Positions 17,782 through 28,991 of a stretch of 64,000 bases of DNA are shown in pieces. This DNA is from Ramlibacter sp. (GTDB lineage: Bacteria; Pseudomonadota; Gammaproteobacteria; Burkholderiales; Burkholderiaceae_C), in NCBI RefSeq assembly GCF_028292805.1, contig NZ_JAQGLS010000160.1, positions 8,048-72,047 on the forward strand. Reading direction: 5' to 3'. The notes below the pieces were generated by a model. The model had not been told where the DNA came from, searched no databases, and saw only the letters and a list, made by a program, of their open reading frames with translations. The stretch's first letter is position 1, and each line of letters opens with the position of its first letter. The position numbers and the translations under genes are program-made.

Positions 17782-18532
17782 GGCCGGCGGCGCGCGTGCG
17801 CCGGTAGGGCCGCCACCGGCCTTCCGGCTGCGCCAGCCGGTCGGCCACCACCCGCATCACGTCCGCGTGGGTCGCCATGCCCAGATGGCTGGCGTCCACC
17901 GCCACGTTCTCCACCTGCGGCCCGGCCGGCTCGACGCAGCCGCGCCAGCTCACCATGCCGTCGCTCTTGCTGTAGATCGAGGTGGTGGGCACCGGCGGGC
18001 GCTCGCGCAGGCGGGCCTGCAGCTGCGGCGTCAGGTGCGAGGTGTCGCCGCCCATCAGCTTGAAGATGGTGCCCGCATGGTTGCCGTCGCCCATCGCGCG
18101 AAACGGCGTGGCCAGCGTGATCACCTGCCGCACGCTGGCGGGCGACTGCTTGGCCACTTCGCGGGCGTAGACGCCGCCCAGGCTCCAGCCGACCAGGCTG
18201 ACCCGTTGCCCGTGTTGCGCGTGCAATTCGCTCACGCGGTCCGCCAGCGGCGCCAGCCAGCCGTCGAACGGCGAGTCGGGGCCGCGGTTCATGCCAAGGC
18301 CCCAGTCGTGCACGGCGAAGCCGCAAGCCTTGAGGTAGCCGCGCAGTTGCGAAGTGGAGTAAGCCCCGGCGCCCAGGCCGGGATAGATCACGACCGGGTG
18401 GCCGTCACCGCGCACGCGCGGCGGCTGGCCCAGCTTGGCGGAAAAGAAGTCGAGCGCGGCCCGGAACGGTTCCGTCGCCAGCAGCGAGAGCGATGGGGCA
18501 CGGAAGGTGGCGCGGGCGTTCGGGGTTGGCAT
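17744..18532 (-). CDS. Alpha/beta hydrolase (esterase/lipase family)
   Basis: VIYPGLG oxyanion region, GWSLGG nucleophile elbow, DGMV, ASHLG. Confidence 0.85.
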   Translation of the reverse strand: MPTPNARATFRAPSLSLLATEPFRAALDFFSAKLGQPPRVRGDGHPVVIYPGLGAGAYSTSQLRGYLKACGFAVHDWGLGMNRGPDSPFDGWLAPLADRVSELHAQHGQRVSLVGWSLGGVYAREVAKQSPASVRQVITLATPFRAMGDGNHAGTIFKLMGGDTSHLTPQLQARLRERPPVPTTSIYSKSDGMVSWRGCVEPAGPQVENVAVDASHLGMATHADVMRVVADRLAQPEGRWRPYRRTRAAGLSATTAPSLSTK

Positions 18533-18644
18533 GCATACGATCTTCGGCGCTGCGCCGCGCTCGTGTCTGTGGGCCGCCGGACGACGGGCATGTAGGACGG
18601 CGACGTCGATGCTGCACTGCAGCAGTGCGCCGGGCCAAGCCGTT

Positions 18645-19454
18645 TCAGGTGCGCGCCGGCAGCGCCAGCAAGGACGCCTCGATGGCGGCGGCGCTGGCCA
18701 CCGGCTTTTCCATGGGGAACAGGTGGCTGCCATCGAGCATCGTCACCCGGCCCTGAGTGACCTTGTGCGTCATCGCGGTGCCGACCCGCTTCATCTCCGC
18801 CGACTGCAAGCCGCCGATGAAAGCCACCGGGCAGCGCAGCGGATGCCGCTGCAGCAGCCGGTCGAGGTTGTCCGGCAAGGTGTTGTAGATCGCGGTCTCG
18901 ACCTCGCGGTCGAACGCGAGCACGCGTTCGCCGCCGTCGTCGCGGGTGCCGTGGACGATGTAGTCGGTCAGCACCTGCGGATCCCAGCGCGCGAAGGCCT
19001 TCTTGTGGCGGAAGTGCTCCAGCGCCGCCTCGGGGGTGGGCCAGCGGTTCTTGCGCTTGCGGCTGATGGCGCCGGGCGAGACCGCCCCGACCAGCTGCGT
19101 GCCTTTGACGGCCCGCAGCGCCTGCGCCTTCCAGCCGCCCAGCAAGGGCGAGTCGAGCAGCAGCACGCCGCGCGCCAGCTGCGGATGGCGCGCCGCGCAC
19201 ATCACGCTCAGGAAGCCGCCCAGCGAATGGCCCACCAGGTAGGCCGGTTCGCCGGCCCTTTCCACCTCGCGCGCGGCGAAGTCGTGCAGTTGCTGCACCA
19301 GGGCAGGCCAGTTGTTGCTGGGCGCGTAGCGATCCTCGTGGCCGAACTTGTCCACTGCCTTGACCACGAAGCCGCGCGAGCGCAGCGACTTGAACAGCAC
19401 GCCGTAGGTGGCCGCGGGAAAGCTGTTGGCGTGGGCGAAGACGATCAGCGACAT
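18645..19454 (-). CDS. Alpha/beta fold hydrolase
   Basis: FAHANSF, GHSLGG, GSHLFPME. Confidence 0.88.
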   Translation of the reverse strand: MSLIVFAHANSFPAATYGVLFKSLRSRGFVVKAVDKFGHEDRYAPSNNWPALVQQLHDFAAREVERAGEPAYLVGHSLGGFLSVMCAARHPQLARGVLLLDSPLLGGWKAQALRAVKGTQLVGAVSPGAISRKRKNRWPTPEAALEHFRHKKAFARWDPQVLTDYIVHGTRDDGGERVLAFDREVETAIYNTLPDNLDRLLQRHPLRCPVAFIGGLQSAEMKRVGTAMTHKVTQGRVTMLDGSHLFPMEKPVASAAAIEASLLALPART

Positions 19455-19485
19455 GGCCGCCTCGTCGTCCCCGCGCGGCGATCGG

Positions 19486-20316
19486 TCAAATGAGCTTCTC
19501 TTCCGGCGTCGAGATCTTGCGCAGCGGCTTGTTGCGCGCGCCTGCCGCGGTCAGCAGCGGCGTCTCGGTGTGGGCGTCGTCCCAGACCGGGTCGTCCAGG
19601 CTGTCGAACACCTCGCGCAGCTTCTGGCCCCAGCCCGAATGCAGCATGCGGAAGTAGGGGTTCTGCATGTCGATGCAGACGACCTTGTCGGTCTCGAAGC
19701 GGTTGGCTTCGTACACCACCATGTCGAGCGGTGGGCCCACCGAGAGGTTGGACTTCATGGTGGAGTCCATCGACACCAGTGCGCACTTGGCCGCTTCGTC
19801 CAGCCCGGTGTCGGGCGTCAGCACGCGGTCCAGCACCGGCTTGCCGTACTTGTACTCGCCGATCTGGAAGTACGGGGTCTCGGGCGTGGCCTCGATGAAG
19901 TTGCCCGCCGAATAGACCTGGAACAGCCGCATGCCCTCGCCGGCGATCTGGCCGCCGAAGATCAGGTTGACGTTGAACTCGACGCCGGCCCGCTTGAGCG
20001 ACTGGGCGTCGCGCTCGTAGACGTGCCGCACCGCCTGGCCCAGCACCCGGCAGGCGTCGAACATGCTGGTGGCGTTCCAGATGGTGACCGGGGCGCTTTC
20101 TGGCGTTTCCTTGAGCTGCTCGATCTGCAGGATCTCGCGCACCGACTGCGAGATGCTCAGGTTGCCCGCCGACAGCAGCACCATGAAGCGGTCGCCCGGC
20201 TTTTCGTAGATGATCATCTTGCGGTAGGTGCTGATGTTGTCCACGCCCGCGTTGGTGCGGGAGTCGGACAGGAACACCAGGCCCGCGTTCAGTTTGATGC
20301 CGACGCAATAGGTCAT
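19486..20316 (-). CDS. Proteasome-type Ntn protease (Anbu family)
   Basis: [34 protein letters not shown]; [15 protein letters not shown]; [15 protein letters not shown]. Confidence 0.9.
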   Translation of the reverse strand: MTYCVGIKLNAGLVFLSDSRTNAGVDNISTYRKMIIYEKPGDRFMVLLSAGNLSISQSVREILQIEQLKETPESAPVTIWNATSMFDACRVLGQAVRHVYERDAQSLKRAGVEFNVNLIFGGQIAGEGMRLFQVYSAGNFIEATPETPYFQIGEYKYGKPVLDRVLTPDTGLDEAAKCALVSMDSTMKSNLSVGPPLDMVVYEANRFETDKVVCIDMQNPYFRMLHSGWGQKLREVFDSLDDPVWDDAHTETPLLTAAGARNKPLRKISTPEEKLI

Positions 20317-22922
20317 GACTTGAGTTTCTTGAGGGTGTAGAGGGCGTCCAGGGCTTCGCGGGGGCTGAGCGCGTCCGGGTCGATGGCGGCCAGGGCGGCT
20401 TCGACCCGGCTGGCCGGGCCTGCCTCGGCGGCCGGGGGCGCTGCGAACAAGTCTACCTGCTCCCGGCTTTGCTCCTGGTGCCGCTCCAGCGCCGCCAGCG
20501 CATGGCGCGCGTGGTTGACCACGCCGGCGGGCATGCCGGCCAGCTTCGCCACCTGGATGCCGTAGCTGCGGCTGGCCGGGCCCGGCTGGATCTCGTGCAG
20601 GAACACGATGTCGCTGCCCGACTCGGTCGCGCCAACGTGCACGTTGATCGCGCAGTGGTGCTTCGCCGGGAACTCGGTCAGCTCGAAGTAGTGCGTCGCG
20701 AACAGGGTGAAGGCTTGCGTCTTGTCGTGCAGGTGGGCGGCGATGCCCGAGGCCAGCGCCAGACCGTCGAAGGTGGAGGTGCCGCGGCCGATCTCGTCCA
20801 TCAGCACCAGGCTTTGCGCGGTGGCGCCGTGCAGGATCTGCGCCGCCTCCGTCATCTCCACCATGAAGGTCGACTGCGCGTTGGCCAGGTCGTCGGCCGC
20901 GCCGATGCGGGTGTGGATGGCGTCGATCGGCCCGAGCCTGCAGGCCTGCGCCGGCACGTACGAGCCCATGGCCGCCAGCAGGCAGACCAGCGCCACCTGC
21001 CGCATGTAGGTCGACTTGCCGCCCATGTTGGGACCGGTGATCACCTGCATGCGCTGCCTGGGTCCCAGCCGCGTGTCGTTCGGGATGAAGCCGCCGCCGT
21101 GCGTCTCGGCCAGCCGCGCCTCCACCACCGGGTGCCGCCCTTGCGTGATCTCGATGCCGGGCTCGCGCATGAACTGCGGTCGGCACCAGTTCAGCGTCAG
21201 CGAGCGCTCGGCCAGCGCGCACAGCGCATCCAGCGACGCCAGCGCGCGCGCCAGCCGGGTCAGCGCCGGGATGTGTTCCTGCAGGGCGTCGAGCAGTTGC
21301 TCGTAGAGGAACTTCTCGCGCGCCAGCGCCCGCTCCTGCGCCGACAGCGCCTTGTCTTCGAAGGCCTTGAGCTCGGGCGTGATGAAGCGCTCGGCGTTCT
21401 TGAGTGTCTGGCGGCGGCGGTAGTCGGCCGGCACCTTGTCCAGCTGGCCTTGCGTGATCTCGATGTAGAAGCCGTGCACCTTGTTGAACTGCACCTTGAG
21501 GTTGGCGATGCCGCTGCGGGCCCGCTCCTTGACTTCGAGGTCGAGCAGGAAGCCGTCGCAGTTGTCCTGGATGGCGCGCAGCTCGTCGAGTTCGCCGTCG
21601 TGGCCGGTGGCGATCACCCCGCCGTCGCGCACCAGGGCCGCCGGCTCCTCGTGCAGGGTGGCCACCAGGCGCTCGGCGCAGCCGGGCGGCGGCTCCAGGT
21701 CGGTCGCCGCCTGGGCCAGCAGGCCGACCTGGCCATGCAGCAACGTGCCCACCTGCTGCGCCTTGGCCAGCGCCCAGCGCAGTCCCACCAGTTCGCGCGG
21801 TCGCACCTGGCGCAAGGCGATACGCGCGGTGATCCGTTCCACGTCGCTCACGCCCTTGAGTTCGGCGCGCAGCTTCTGCCAGCTGCCTTCGCGCAAGGCG
21901 GCGATGGCCTCCAGCCGCTGGGTGGGCAGGCCGCGGTCGCGCGGCGGCTCCAGCAGCCAGGACTTCAGGGCCCGGCTGCCCATGCCCGTCATGCAGGTGT
22001 CCAGCAGCGAGAACAGGGTGGGAGAGTCTTCGCCGCGCAGGGTCTGCACCAGCTCCAGGTTGCGCCGGGTGGCGGGCGGCAGCTCCAGCCGTTCGCCGTC
22101 GCGCACCACTTGCAGCTGCTGCACGTGCGACAGTGCCCGGCCTTGCGTGTGTTCGGCATAGGCGAGCAGGGCGGCGGCCGCCGCATGTGCCTGCGGCAGG
22201 TCTTCGGCGCCCCAGGCCGAAAGGCTGGCGGCGCGCAGCTGCTCCAGCAGCTTGCGCTGGCCCAGGCCGCTGTCGAACTGCCATTCCGGGCGTTCCGTCA
22301 ACGGCATGCTGCCGGCGCTGCGCGCCGCCTGCAGCCGTTGCGTGAAGGCGGCGGTGACATCGGCGCTGTGCAGCAGCTCGCTCGGCCCGATGCGCGCCAC
22401 CCAGTCGCCCAGGCCGTCGCCGTCGCATTCGGCCAGCTGGATCGCGCCTTGCGTGACACTCAGCCAGGCCAGTCCGACGCGGTTGCGCTGGCCCTGGTGC
22501 ACGGCCAGCAGCACGGCCTCGGACTTTTCGGTGAGCAACGCGGTGTCGGTCAACGTGCCGGGCGTGACCACCCGCATCACCTTGCGCTCCACCGGCCCCT
22601 TGGTCGCGCCCACCTCGCCGACCTGTTCGCAAATGGCGACCGACTCGCCGGCGCGGATCAGGCGCGCCAGGTAGCCCTCCATCGAGTGGAACGGCACGCC
22701 CGCCATCAGCACCGGCTCGCCGGCCGACGCGCCGCGGCGTGTCAAGGTGATGTCGAGCAGCCGCGCGGCCTTCTCGGCGTCGTCGTAGAACAGCTCGTAG
22801 AAATCGCCCATGCGGTAGAACACGAGCGTCGTCGGGTGCTGCGCCTTGATGCCCAGGTACTGGACCATCATGGGGGTGTGCTTGCTCGGGTCGGGAGCGG
22901 CGGTGGCGGGGGACTGGGTCAT
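20313..22922 (-). CDS. mutS: DNA mismatch repair protein MutS
   Basis: HTPMMVQY...[11 protein letters not shown]; [13 protein letters not shown]; [10 protein letters not shown]. Confidence 0.98.
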   Translation of the reverse strand: MTQSPATAAPDPSKHTPMMVQYLGIKAQHPTTLVFYRMGDFYELFYDDAEKAARLLDITLTRRGASAGEPVLMAGVPFHSMEGYLARLIRAGESVAICEQVGEVGATKGPVERKVMRVVTPGTLTDTALLTEKSEAVLLAVHQGQRNRVGLAWLSVTQGAIQLAECDGDGLGDWVARIGPSELLHSADVTAAFTQRLQAARSAGSMPLTERPEWQFDSGLGQRKLLEQLRAASLSAWGAEDLPQAHAAAAALLAYAEHTQGRALSHVQQLQVVRDGERLELPPATRRNLELVQTLRGEDSPTLFSLLDTCMTGMGSRALKSWLLEPPRDRGLPTQRLEAIAALREGSWQKLRAELKGVSDVERITARIALRQVRPRELVGLRWALAKAQQVGTLLHGQVGLLAQAATDLEPPPGCAERLVATLHEEPAALVRDGGVIATGHDGELDELRAIQDNCDGFLLDLEVKERARSGIANLKVQFNKVHGFYIEITQGQLDKVPADYRRRQTLKNAERFITPELKAFEDKALSAQERALAREKFLYEQLLDALQEHIPALTRLARALASLDALCALAERSLTLNWCRPQFMREPGIEITQGRHPVVEARLAETHGGGFIPNDTRLGPRQRMQVITGPNMGGKSTYMRQVALVCLLAAMGSYVPAQACRLGPIDAIHTRIGAADDLANAQSTFMVEMTEAAQILHGATAQSLVLMDEIGRGTSTFDGLALASGIAAHLHDKTQAFTLFATHYFELTEFPAKHHCAINVHVGATESGSDIVFLHEIQPGPASRSYGIQVAKLAGMPAGVVNHARHALAALERHQEQSREQVDLFAAPPAAEAGPASRVEAALAAIDPDALSPREALDALYTLKKLKS

Positions 22923-22963
22923 GCAGGCGGGATTATCCCGTCCTCGGCCGGACCCGGCCACGC

Positions 22964-23740
22964 TCACAGCTGCACGCTGGCCTCCCCGATCCCCGCGAAC
23001 GCCACCCGCACGCCATCGCCCTTGGCCGCGGCCAGCAGCCCGCACCACGTGCCGGTGGTGACGACCGTCCCCGCCGGCAGCGTGGCGCCGTCGCGGGTGG
23101 CGTGCTGGAGCCAGGTGGGCAGCAGCCAGGCCGGGTGGACCAGGGAGTGGGTGCCGACGAAGCGCGTGCTCGAGTCCCCGATCCACACTTCGCACACCTG
23201 CTTGCCCCAGTCGCGGTCCTGCCAAGGCTGGAAGCTGCCGAGCACCAGCGCGCCATGCGACTGCGCATCGGCCAGCTTCAGCAGCGCCGGCGCTGCGAAG
23301 CCCTGGGCCCAGCGCGAGTCGACCAGCTCGATCGAGACGGCGATGCCGTCCACCAGCCGCACCGCGTCCTCCCACGGGGCGGACTGCAACGCAGTAGCGG
23401 CGTGCGGCGTGACGTCGCGCGCCAGCCGCAGCGCCACTTCCGCTTCCACCATGCGGTGGTTGAACGGCAGGAAGGACGCATCGGCGCCGCTGGCGAGCAG
23501 GCCGACCGACGGCAGGCCCGCATGGGTCAGCGTCGCGGTGCGCGACGGGCCACCGGCCTTCCAGGCGCCGCAGCGGGCCGGGTTGTCGCCCAGACCCTGC
23601 AGCACGAGGTCCTGAACCAGGTAGGCATCGGCGGCATCGCGCACGGCGCCGGCCAGCGCGGTGGCATCGGCCAGGGGACCGCCACGGCGGGCAGCGAGCA
23701 GGGCCGCGGCGACGGCGGCAAGGGCTGGGGTGGTGTTCAT
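22964..23740 (-). CDS. FAH-superfamily protein (2-keto-4-pentenoate hydratase-like)
   Basis: [29 protein letters not shown]. Confidence 0.8.
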   Translation of the reverse strand: MNTTPALAAVAAALLAARRGGPLADATALAGAVRDAADAYLVQDLVLQGLGDNPARCGAWKAGGPSRTATLTHAGLPSVGLLASGADASFLPFNHRMVEAEVALRLARDVTPHAATALQSAPWEDAVRLVDGIAVSIELVDSRWAQGFAAPALLKLADAQSHGALVLGSFQPWQDRDWGKQVCEVWIGDSSTRFVGTHSLVHPAWLLPTWLQHATRDGATLPAGTVVTTGTWCGLLAAAKGDGVRVAFAGIGEASVQL

Positions 23741-23776
23741 CCCCGAAGTATCGACCGGGCCGGGCATGCGTTGGCG

Positions 23777-25183
23777 TCAGAGCGGGGGCCAGCGCTCGGC
23801 CCAGGGGTGCGCGGCTTCGTAGCCAGCGCCCAGGTCCAGCAACAGGTCGTCGCCGCCGTAGCGGCCAACCACTTGCATGCCGATCGGCAGGCCCTCGCGC
23901 GACGGCGCGCAAGGCAGCGCCAGCGCCGGCAGGCCGGCCGCATTGACCCACCCGGTGTAGATCGCATGGCCGCGCGGCCCGACGTCCTGGCCGTCGATGC
24001 GCAGCGGGTAGGCGTCCTGCGCCGGCCAGGGCAAGGCGGCGGCGCAGGGCAGCGCGATCGCGTCGACATGCTCGAACAGGGTGGCTGCGTCGCGCCGCAG
24101 CTGCCTGACCCGCTCCAGAATGTCCCACAGCCGCGAAGCGGGGATCCGCTCGCCCAGTTCCGCCATGTCGCGGTATTTCTGAGAGGCGGCGGCCTGCCAC
24201 TTCGGCGCATGCTCGAACAGCCGCGCCAGGCCGGCCTGGCCGATCTGCGGCCAGGCGGCGGCGAAGAAATCGAGGTCGAGAGACAAGGGGCCGCGCTCGA
24301 CGCGATGACCGAGCGCGGCGAGCTGGTCCACGGCACCGGCCACGCTGGCGGCCACCTGCGGGTCGAGCGGGGCGGCGCCGAAGCGCTCGACATACAAGAT
24401 GCGCAGCGGCCCGGCGCTGGCCGGCTGTCCGGCGGCATGGGCCGCGGCCAGCGACGAGCGATCCACCGCGGCCGGGCCGCGCATCACCTCGAACAGCAGC
24501 CGCACGTCGGCCACCGTGCGCGCCAGCGGTCCGACCACCTCGAAGTCCAGCAGCAGGCTGGGCAGCACGTGCTCGCGCGGCACCGCCGACAGCGACGGCT
24601 TGAGGCCCACCACGCCGGTGTGGGAGGCAGGCCGGCGAATCGAGCCGCCGCCGTCCTGCCCGATCGCCAGCGGCGCGATCCCCGCCGCCAGCGCCGCGAC
24701 GCCGCCGCCGGTGGAGCCGCCCGGCGTCAGCGCCAGGTCCCATGGATTGCGGGTGGCGCCGAACACCGGGTTGTCGGTGTAGCCCTCCAGCGCGAACTCG
24801 GGCACGTTGGTCTTGCCCACCATCAGCGCGCCGCCCGCGCGGGCCCGCGCCACCGCCAGTTCGTCGTGGCCGGTGCGGTGGTCACGCAAGGCGGGGCAGC
24901 CCCAGGTGGTCGGCAGGTCGGCGGTGTAGAGGCTGTCCTTGACCGTCAGCGGAATGCCGTCGATGGGCGACAGCGGCGCGCCGCGCGCCCAGCGATCGGT
25001 GGCGGCCCGCGCCTCGGCGATGAAGGCCGCGTCGCGCCGGGCCACCACCGCGTTGATGCGCGGGTTCACTGCCTGCAGCCGCCCCAGGCAGTCCTGGGCG
25101 ACGGCCAGCGGCGTGAGACTGCGGTCCCGGTAGCGCCGCGCCAGTTCGGTGGCCGGCAGGCGCCACAGGTTGTTGTCGCTCAT
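23777..25183 (-). CDS. Amidase signature family enzyme
   Basis: [37 protein letters not shown]. Confidence 0.93.
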   Translation of the reverse strand: MSDNNLWRLPATELARRYRDRSLTPLAVAQDCLGRLQAVNPRINAVVARRDAAFIAEARAATDRWARGAPLSPIDGIPLTVKDSLYTADLPTTWGCPALRDHRTGHDELAVARARAGGALMVGKTNVPEFALEGYTDNPVFGATRNPWDLALTPGGSTGGGVAALAAGIAPLAIGQDGGGSIRRPASHTGVVGLKPSLSAVPREHVLPSLLLDFEVVGPLARTVADVRLLFEVMRGPAAVDRSSLAAAHAAGQPASAGPLRILYVERFGAAPLDPQVAASVAGAVDQLAALGHRVERGPLSLDLDFFAAAWPQIGQAGLARLFEHAPKWQAAASQKYRDMAELGERIPASRLWDILERVRQLRRDAATLFEHVDAIALPCAAALPWPAQDAYPLRIDGQDVGPRGHAIYTGWVNAAGLPALALPCAPSREGLPIGMQVVGRYGGDDLLLDLGAGYEAAHPWAERWPPL

Positions 25184-25193
25184 GGCATGGTTC

Positions 25194-26486
25194 CTACATG
25201 CGGCTGGGCAGCCATGTGGCCAGCCCGGGCACGGCCAGCAGCAGCAGCGTGAACAGGATCATGATCACCGCGTACGGCAGCGCGCCCCAGATCGCGTCCT
25301 CGATCCCGCCCTTGTCGGGCCGGATGCCGTGCACCACGAACAGGTTCATGCCCACTGGCGGCGTGATCAGCCCCAGCTCGCACATCAGCACGATGAAGAT
25401 GCCGAACCAGATCGGGTCCACGCCCAGGGCCACCGCGATCGGGTAGGTGATGGGAATGGTGGCGACCTGCATCGACAGCACGTCCATGAACATGCCCAGG
25501 ATCAGGTAGAACATGATCAGCACCAGGATCAGGCCGGTGGCCGACAGGCCCAGGCCCGTCACCCACTTCGTCATGGCCTCGGCCACGCCGGTCAGGCTGA
25601 GGGCCAGGTTCAGGATGAAGGCCGCCGTCATGATCAGCAGGATCATGCCGCTGACGCGGGCGGTGGAGACGAAGCAGTTGCGCAGCAGCTCCCGGCTCAT
25701 CTTGCCCGAGTGCACCACGAACACCAGCGCGGCCATCACGCCCAGGGCGGCGCTTTCGGTGGTGGTGGCGATGCCGAAGTACAGGCTGCCCATGACGATG
25801 CCGAACACCACCAGCGGCGGGATCAGGTGCACCAGGCTGCGGAACTTGTCGCCCCAGGACACCTTGGCTTCCCGCATCACGTTGCCACTGAGCAGGCTGG
25901 ACAGCGCGATGTACAGCATGAAGCAACCCGTCAGCAGCAGGCCGGGGATGATGCCGGCGATGAACAGCTGGCCGATCGAGTTGTTGGTGAGCGAGCCGTA
26001 GACGATCATGTTCACGCTGGGCGGGATCAGGATGCCGAGCGTGCCGCCGGCGGCCAGGCTGCCCAGCGAAGCGCGCATCGAATAGCCGCGCCGCATCAGG
26101 GAGGGCAGGGCCACGGTGCCGACGGTCGCGGCGGTCGCCACGGAGGAGCCGGAGGTTGCCGCGAACATGGCGCAGCTGCCGATGTTGGTGTGCAGCAGGC
26201 CGCCGGGCAGCCGCCCCAGCCATGCCGACAGCGCGATGTACATGCGGTCGGCGATGCCCGATCGCAGCAGCAGCTCGCCCAGCAGCACGAACAGCGGGAT
26301 GCAGGTGAGCAGGTTCTCGTTGTGCACGCCCCAGACCACCGGGGCGATCGAGTCCATGAAGGGAATGCCATAGGCGGCGATGCCGCCGACGATGCCCACC
26401 AGCGCCATCGCCACGGCAATGGGCAGGCCCACCAGCATCATGGCCAGCATCGCGGCGAACGCGATGCCAAACAGGGGCAGCATCAT
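25194..26486 (-). CDS. dctM: TRAP transporter large permease
   Basis: IPLFVLLG, FAATSGSSVAT, GGTLGILIPPS, ITPPVGMNLF. Confidence 0.93.
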   Translation of the reverse strand: MMLPLFGIAFAAMLAMMLVGLPIAVAMALVGIVGGIAAYGIPFMDSIAPVVWGVHNENLLTCIPLFVLLGELLLRSGIADRMYIALSAWLGRLPGGLLHTNIGSCAMFAATSGSSVATAATVGTVALPSLMRRGYSMRASLGSLAAGGTLGILIPPSVNMIVYGSLTNNSIGQLFIAGIIPGLLLTGCFMLYIALSSLLSGNVMREAKVSWGDKFRSLVHLIPPLVVFGIVMGSLYFGIATTTESAALGVMAALVFVVHSGKMSRELLRNCFVSTARVSGMILLIMTAAFILNLALSLTGVAEAMTKWVTGLGLSATGLILVLIMFYLILGMFMDVLSMQVATIPITYPIAVALGVDPIWFGIFIVLMCELGLITPPVGMNLFVVHGIRPDKGGIEDAIWGALPYAVIMILFTLLLLAVPGLATWLPSRM

Positions 26487-27133
26487 GGCTTGGCTCCTTC
26501 GGTCGACTGGCGCACGGCCAGGTCGTCCAGTTCTTCCTTCAACTCTTCCTTGGCGCTCTTCGGATGGAAGTCCTGGTTCAGCACGTCCAGCCGCCCGCTG
26601 GCGAGCAGCACGGTGGCGCGCAAGGCGAGCCCGGTTCCCACCAGCGCGAAGATCACCAGGCCCGCATACCAGACCGATTGCGGCCACACCAGCGGCGTGG
26701 CCCAGGGCGTCTGCGCGGTGCTGCCGTAGGCCAGCGTGTCGGCCAGCACCTTGGTGGCCACCCAGGCCATGAAGATGCCGAACGCGGCCATGCTGGCGAT
26801 GGAGAACCAGTTCAGGAAGGCCTGCACCCGGCGCGGCATGCGCTCGTGGAACACGTCGACCCGGATGTGGTTGCGGCCCATCAGCGCCAGGCTGAAGGCG
26901 ATGGTGCAGCCGACCGCCAGCGCATAGCCCCCCAGTTCGTCGGCGCCCTGCAGGGAGATGTTGAAGGCCTTGCGGGCGATGGTCTCCACGGTGACCACGC
27001 CGGCGAGCGCCAGGAAGATGGAGCCGAAGGCCCAGGCCAGCATGTTCTCGATGTGCTGCTTCGCCGCGGCTGCGGTCGTCGCGGGGGCCGCGCCAGGCGC
27101 GCCCGCCTTCAGAGTGGACGCACCGGAGTTCAC
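26483..27133 (-). CDS. dctQ: TRAP transporter small permease
   Basis: Four TM helices, GADELGGY...HIRVD; GTG start overlaps the dctP stop. Confidence 0.85.
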   Translation of the reverse strand: MNSGASTLKAGAPGAAPATTAAAAKQHIENMLAWAFGSIFLALAGVVTVETIARKAFNISLQGADELGGYALAVGCTIAFSLALMGRNHIRVDVFHERMPRRVQAFLNWFSIASMAAFGIFMAWVATKVLADTLAYGSTAQTPWATPLVWPQSVWYAGLVIFALVGTGLALRATVLLASGRLDVLNQDFHPKSAKEELKEELDDLAVRQSTEGAKP

Positions 27134-28185
27134 TTCAGCCCCAGCACCGGCGCAACTTGCGCCTTCCATTGCGCGGAACAGCCGGCGTTGGACTTGTCGC
27201 AGATCTCCGCCCAGGTGGGCAGCGAGACCTTGCTCACGGCGCTGCGGATCAGCTCATTGTCGGCGGGCGTGACCGGCACGTTCACCAGCTTGAACTTCTT
27301 GCCGGTGGTGCACGGGTCCTTGCCGGCGTTGCAGTTCAGTGCGTCCTGGAACAGCTCCTCCGAATAGACCCAGATTTCCTCGGTCAGCTTGTCGAAGGCC
27401 GCGGTCATCTTCGCCTGCTGGTCGGGCTTGAGCTGGTTCCAGGCCTTGAGCGTGATGGCATAGCCGTTCAATGCCATCTGGAAGCCCAGCGGCAACTGGT
27501 GCGTGGTCACTTCCGGCCAGCCGGCGGAGTTGGCGGAACTGGGGCCGGTGATGGCGCAATCCACCACGCCCAGCGACAGCGACTGGTGGGTGTCGGCGAA
27601 CGAGACCGGCACCGGGGTGCCGCCGACCATCTCGATGAACTTTGCCAGGTTCTGGTCGTAGACCCGGACCTTCATGCCCTTGATGTCGGCCAGCTGGGTG
27701 ATCGCTTTCTTGCAGAACAGGATCTGCGGGCCGAACGGCCAGACGCCCAGCAATTTCACGTTGAACTGCTTTTGCAGGCGCTGGTCGACCGTGTTGAAGT
27801 AGGCCTTGGAGACCTTGCGGCCGGTGGCGTAGTCGGGCGAGGCGCCCACCAGGTCCAGGCCCAGCAGCGTCGGCTCGTCGCGCGAGTTTTGCGAGACGCG
27901 CAGCGAGACCAGGTCGAACAGGCCGGCCTTCATCACGCGCAACTGCTCGGTGTCCTTCAGGCCCAGCGTGTCGATCGGCTTGTAGTCGACGTCGACCGGC
28001 AGCCCGGTGCGCGCCGCGAAGTTCTCGAAGAACACCTGCTCCTTGTTCTTCTGGATCAGGCCGGTGGCCAGCGGCTGGCCGATGGCCTTGAACTTGATGC
28101 GGTCCTGGGCGATGGCGGGACTGGCCAGCAGGCTGCAGCCGAGGGCGGCGCAGGCCAGCAGGCGGGACACGGTGGTGACGGTCAT
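27130..28185 (-). CDS. dctP: TRAP transporter substrate-binding protein
   Basis: Signal peptide; DIKGMKVRV...GGTPVPVSFADTHQSLSLGVVDC. Confidence 0.92.
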   Translation of the reverse strand: MTVTTVSRLLACAALGCSLLASPAIAQDRIKFKAIGQPLATGLIQKNKEQVFFENFAARTGLPVDVDYKPIDTLGLKDTEQLRVMKAGLFDLVSLRVSQNSRDEPTLLGLDLVGASPDYATGRKVSKAYFNTVDQRLQKQFNVKLLGVWPFGPQILFCKKAITQLADIKGMKVRVYDQNLAKFIEMVGGTPVPVSFADTHQSLSLGVVDCAITGPSSANSAGWPEVTTHQLPLGFQMALNGYAITLKAWNQLKPDQQAKMTAAFDKLTEEIWVYSEELFQDALNCNAGKDPCTTGKKFKLVNVPVTPADNELIRSAVSKVSLPTWAEICDKSNAGCSAQWKAQVAPVLGLK

Positions 28186-28234
28186 CGGGGAGCTCCTTGG
28201 GTGGATCGAGAGGGAGGGAACGGTTGGAAGAAAA

Positions 28235-28984
28235 CTAGCGGCGGCCGGCGTGGAGCAGGCGCGCGATGGCGGCGGGCAAACCCTGGTGGGGCTTGGCGGG
28301 CGGGGCGGCGAAGCTGCCGTGTAGGGCGCGCCCGGGCTGCAGCGCGACCAGGGTTTCGGCGTGGCGCACGGCGCTCGAGACGCCGTCGACCACCGGCACC
28401 GGCAGCTGGCCGTGCAGCGAGCGAGCGAGGCCGGCCAGCGGCGCGCCTGCGAGCACGATGACTTCGGCACCGTCTTCGTCGACCGCGCGTTCGGCCAGTG
28501 CCTTGAGTGCGGCGGCATGCGCGTCCTGGATGCCGCCGATACTGGCCAGCGGCCGGTCCAGCGCGCGGATGCTGGCCAGCCGGCTGCCGAAGCCGTAGCC
28601 TTCGATGATTTCGCGGTACCAGGCCTGGATGCGCTGCGAGATCGCGATCACCGAGATCCGGTGGCCCAGCAAATGGGCGCTTGCCAGCGCCGCCTCGGTC
28701 AGGCCGGTGACCGGCACCGGCAGCACTTCGCGCAGGGCGGTCAGGCCCGGGTCGCCGAAGGCGGCGACCACCACCGCGTCGTAGCCCGCGTGGTGCTCGC
28801 CGGCCAGCTGCGCCGTGGCATAGGCGCCGATCAGCGCCTCGAAGCGCGTTTCGATGTAGGCCACGCCCAACGGCGCCGTCACCACGTCGATCTCGGTGCC
28901 GGGCGCGGCGCTGCGCTGCGCCTCGGCCAGGATCAGCGCCGACACGCTGTCGGAGATGTTGGGATTGATCAGGAGCAGCCGCAT
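28235..28984 (-). CDS. Asp/Glu/hydantoin racemase family protein
   Basis: LLLINPN, AAFGDPGL..LRE, VPVTG, VIVLAGAPLAG, VPVVDG. Confidence 0.88.
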   Translation of the reverse strand: MRLLLINPNISDSVSALILAEAQRSAAPGTEIDVVTAPLGVAYIETRFEALIGAYATAQLAGEHHAGYDAVVVAAFGDPGLTALREVLPVPVTGLTEAALASAHLLGHRISVIAISQRIQAWYREIIEGYGFGSRLASIRALDRPLASIGGIQDAHAAALKALAERAVDEDGAEVIVLAGAPLAGLARSLHGQLPVPVVDGVSSAVRHAETLVALQPGRALHGSFAAPPAKPHQGLPAAIARLLHAGRR

Positions 28985-28991
28985 GCTTGCC

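Noticed and set aside
19486-22632. Apparent 1048-aa ORF ending in the Anbu domain
   Set aside because: The upstream part is an alternate frame of mutS; Anbu needs an N-terminal Thr and starts at 20316
20313-24743. Apparent 1476-aa MutS fusion
   Set aside because: The extension overlaps the amidase and FAH genes out of frame; MutS homology starts near 22922
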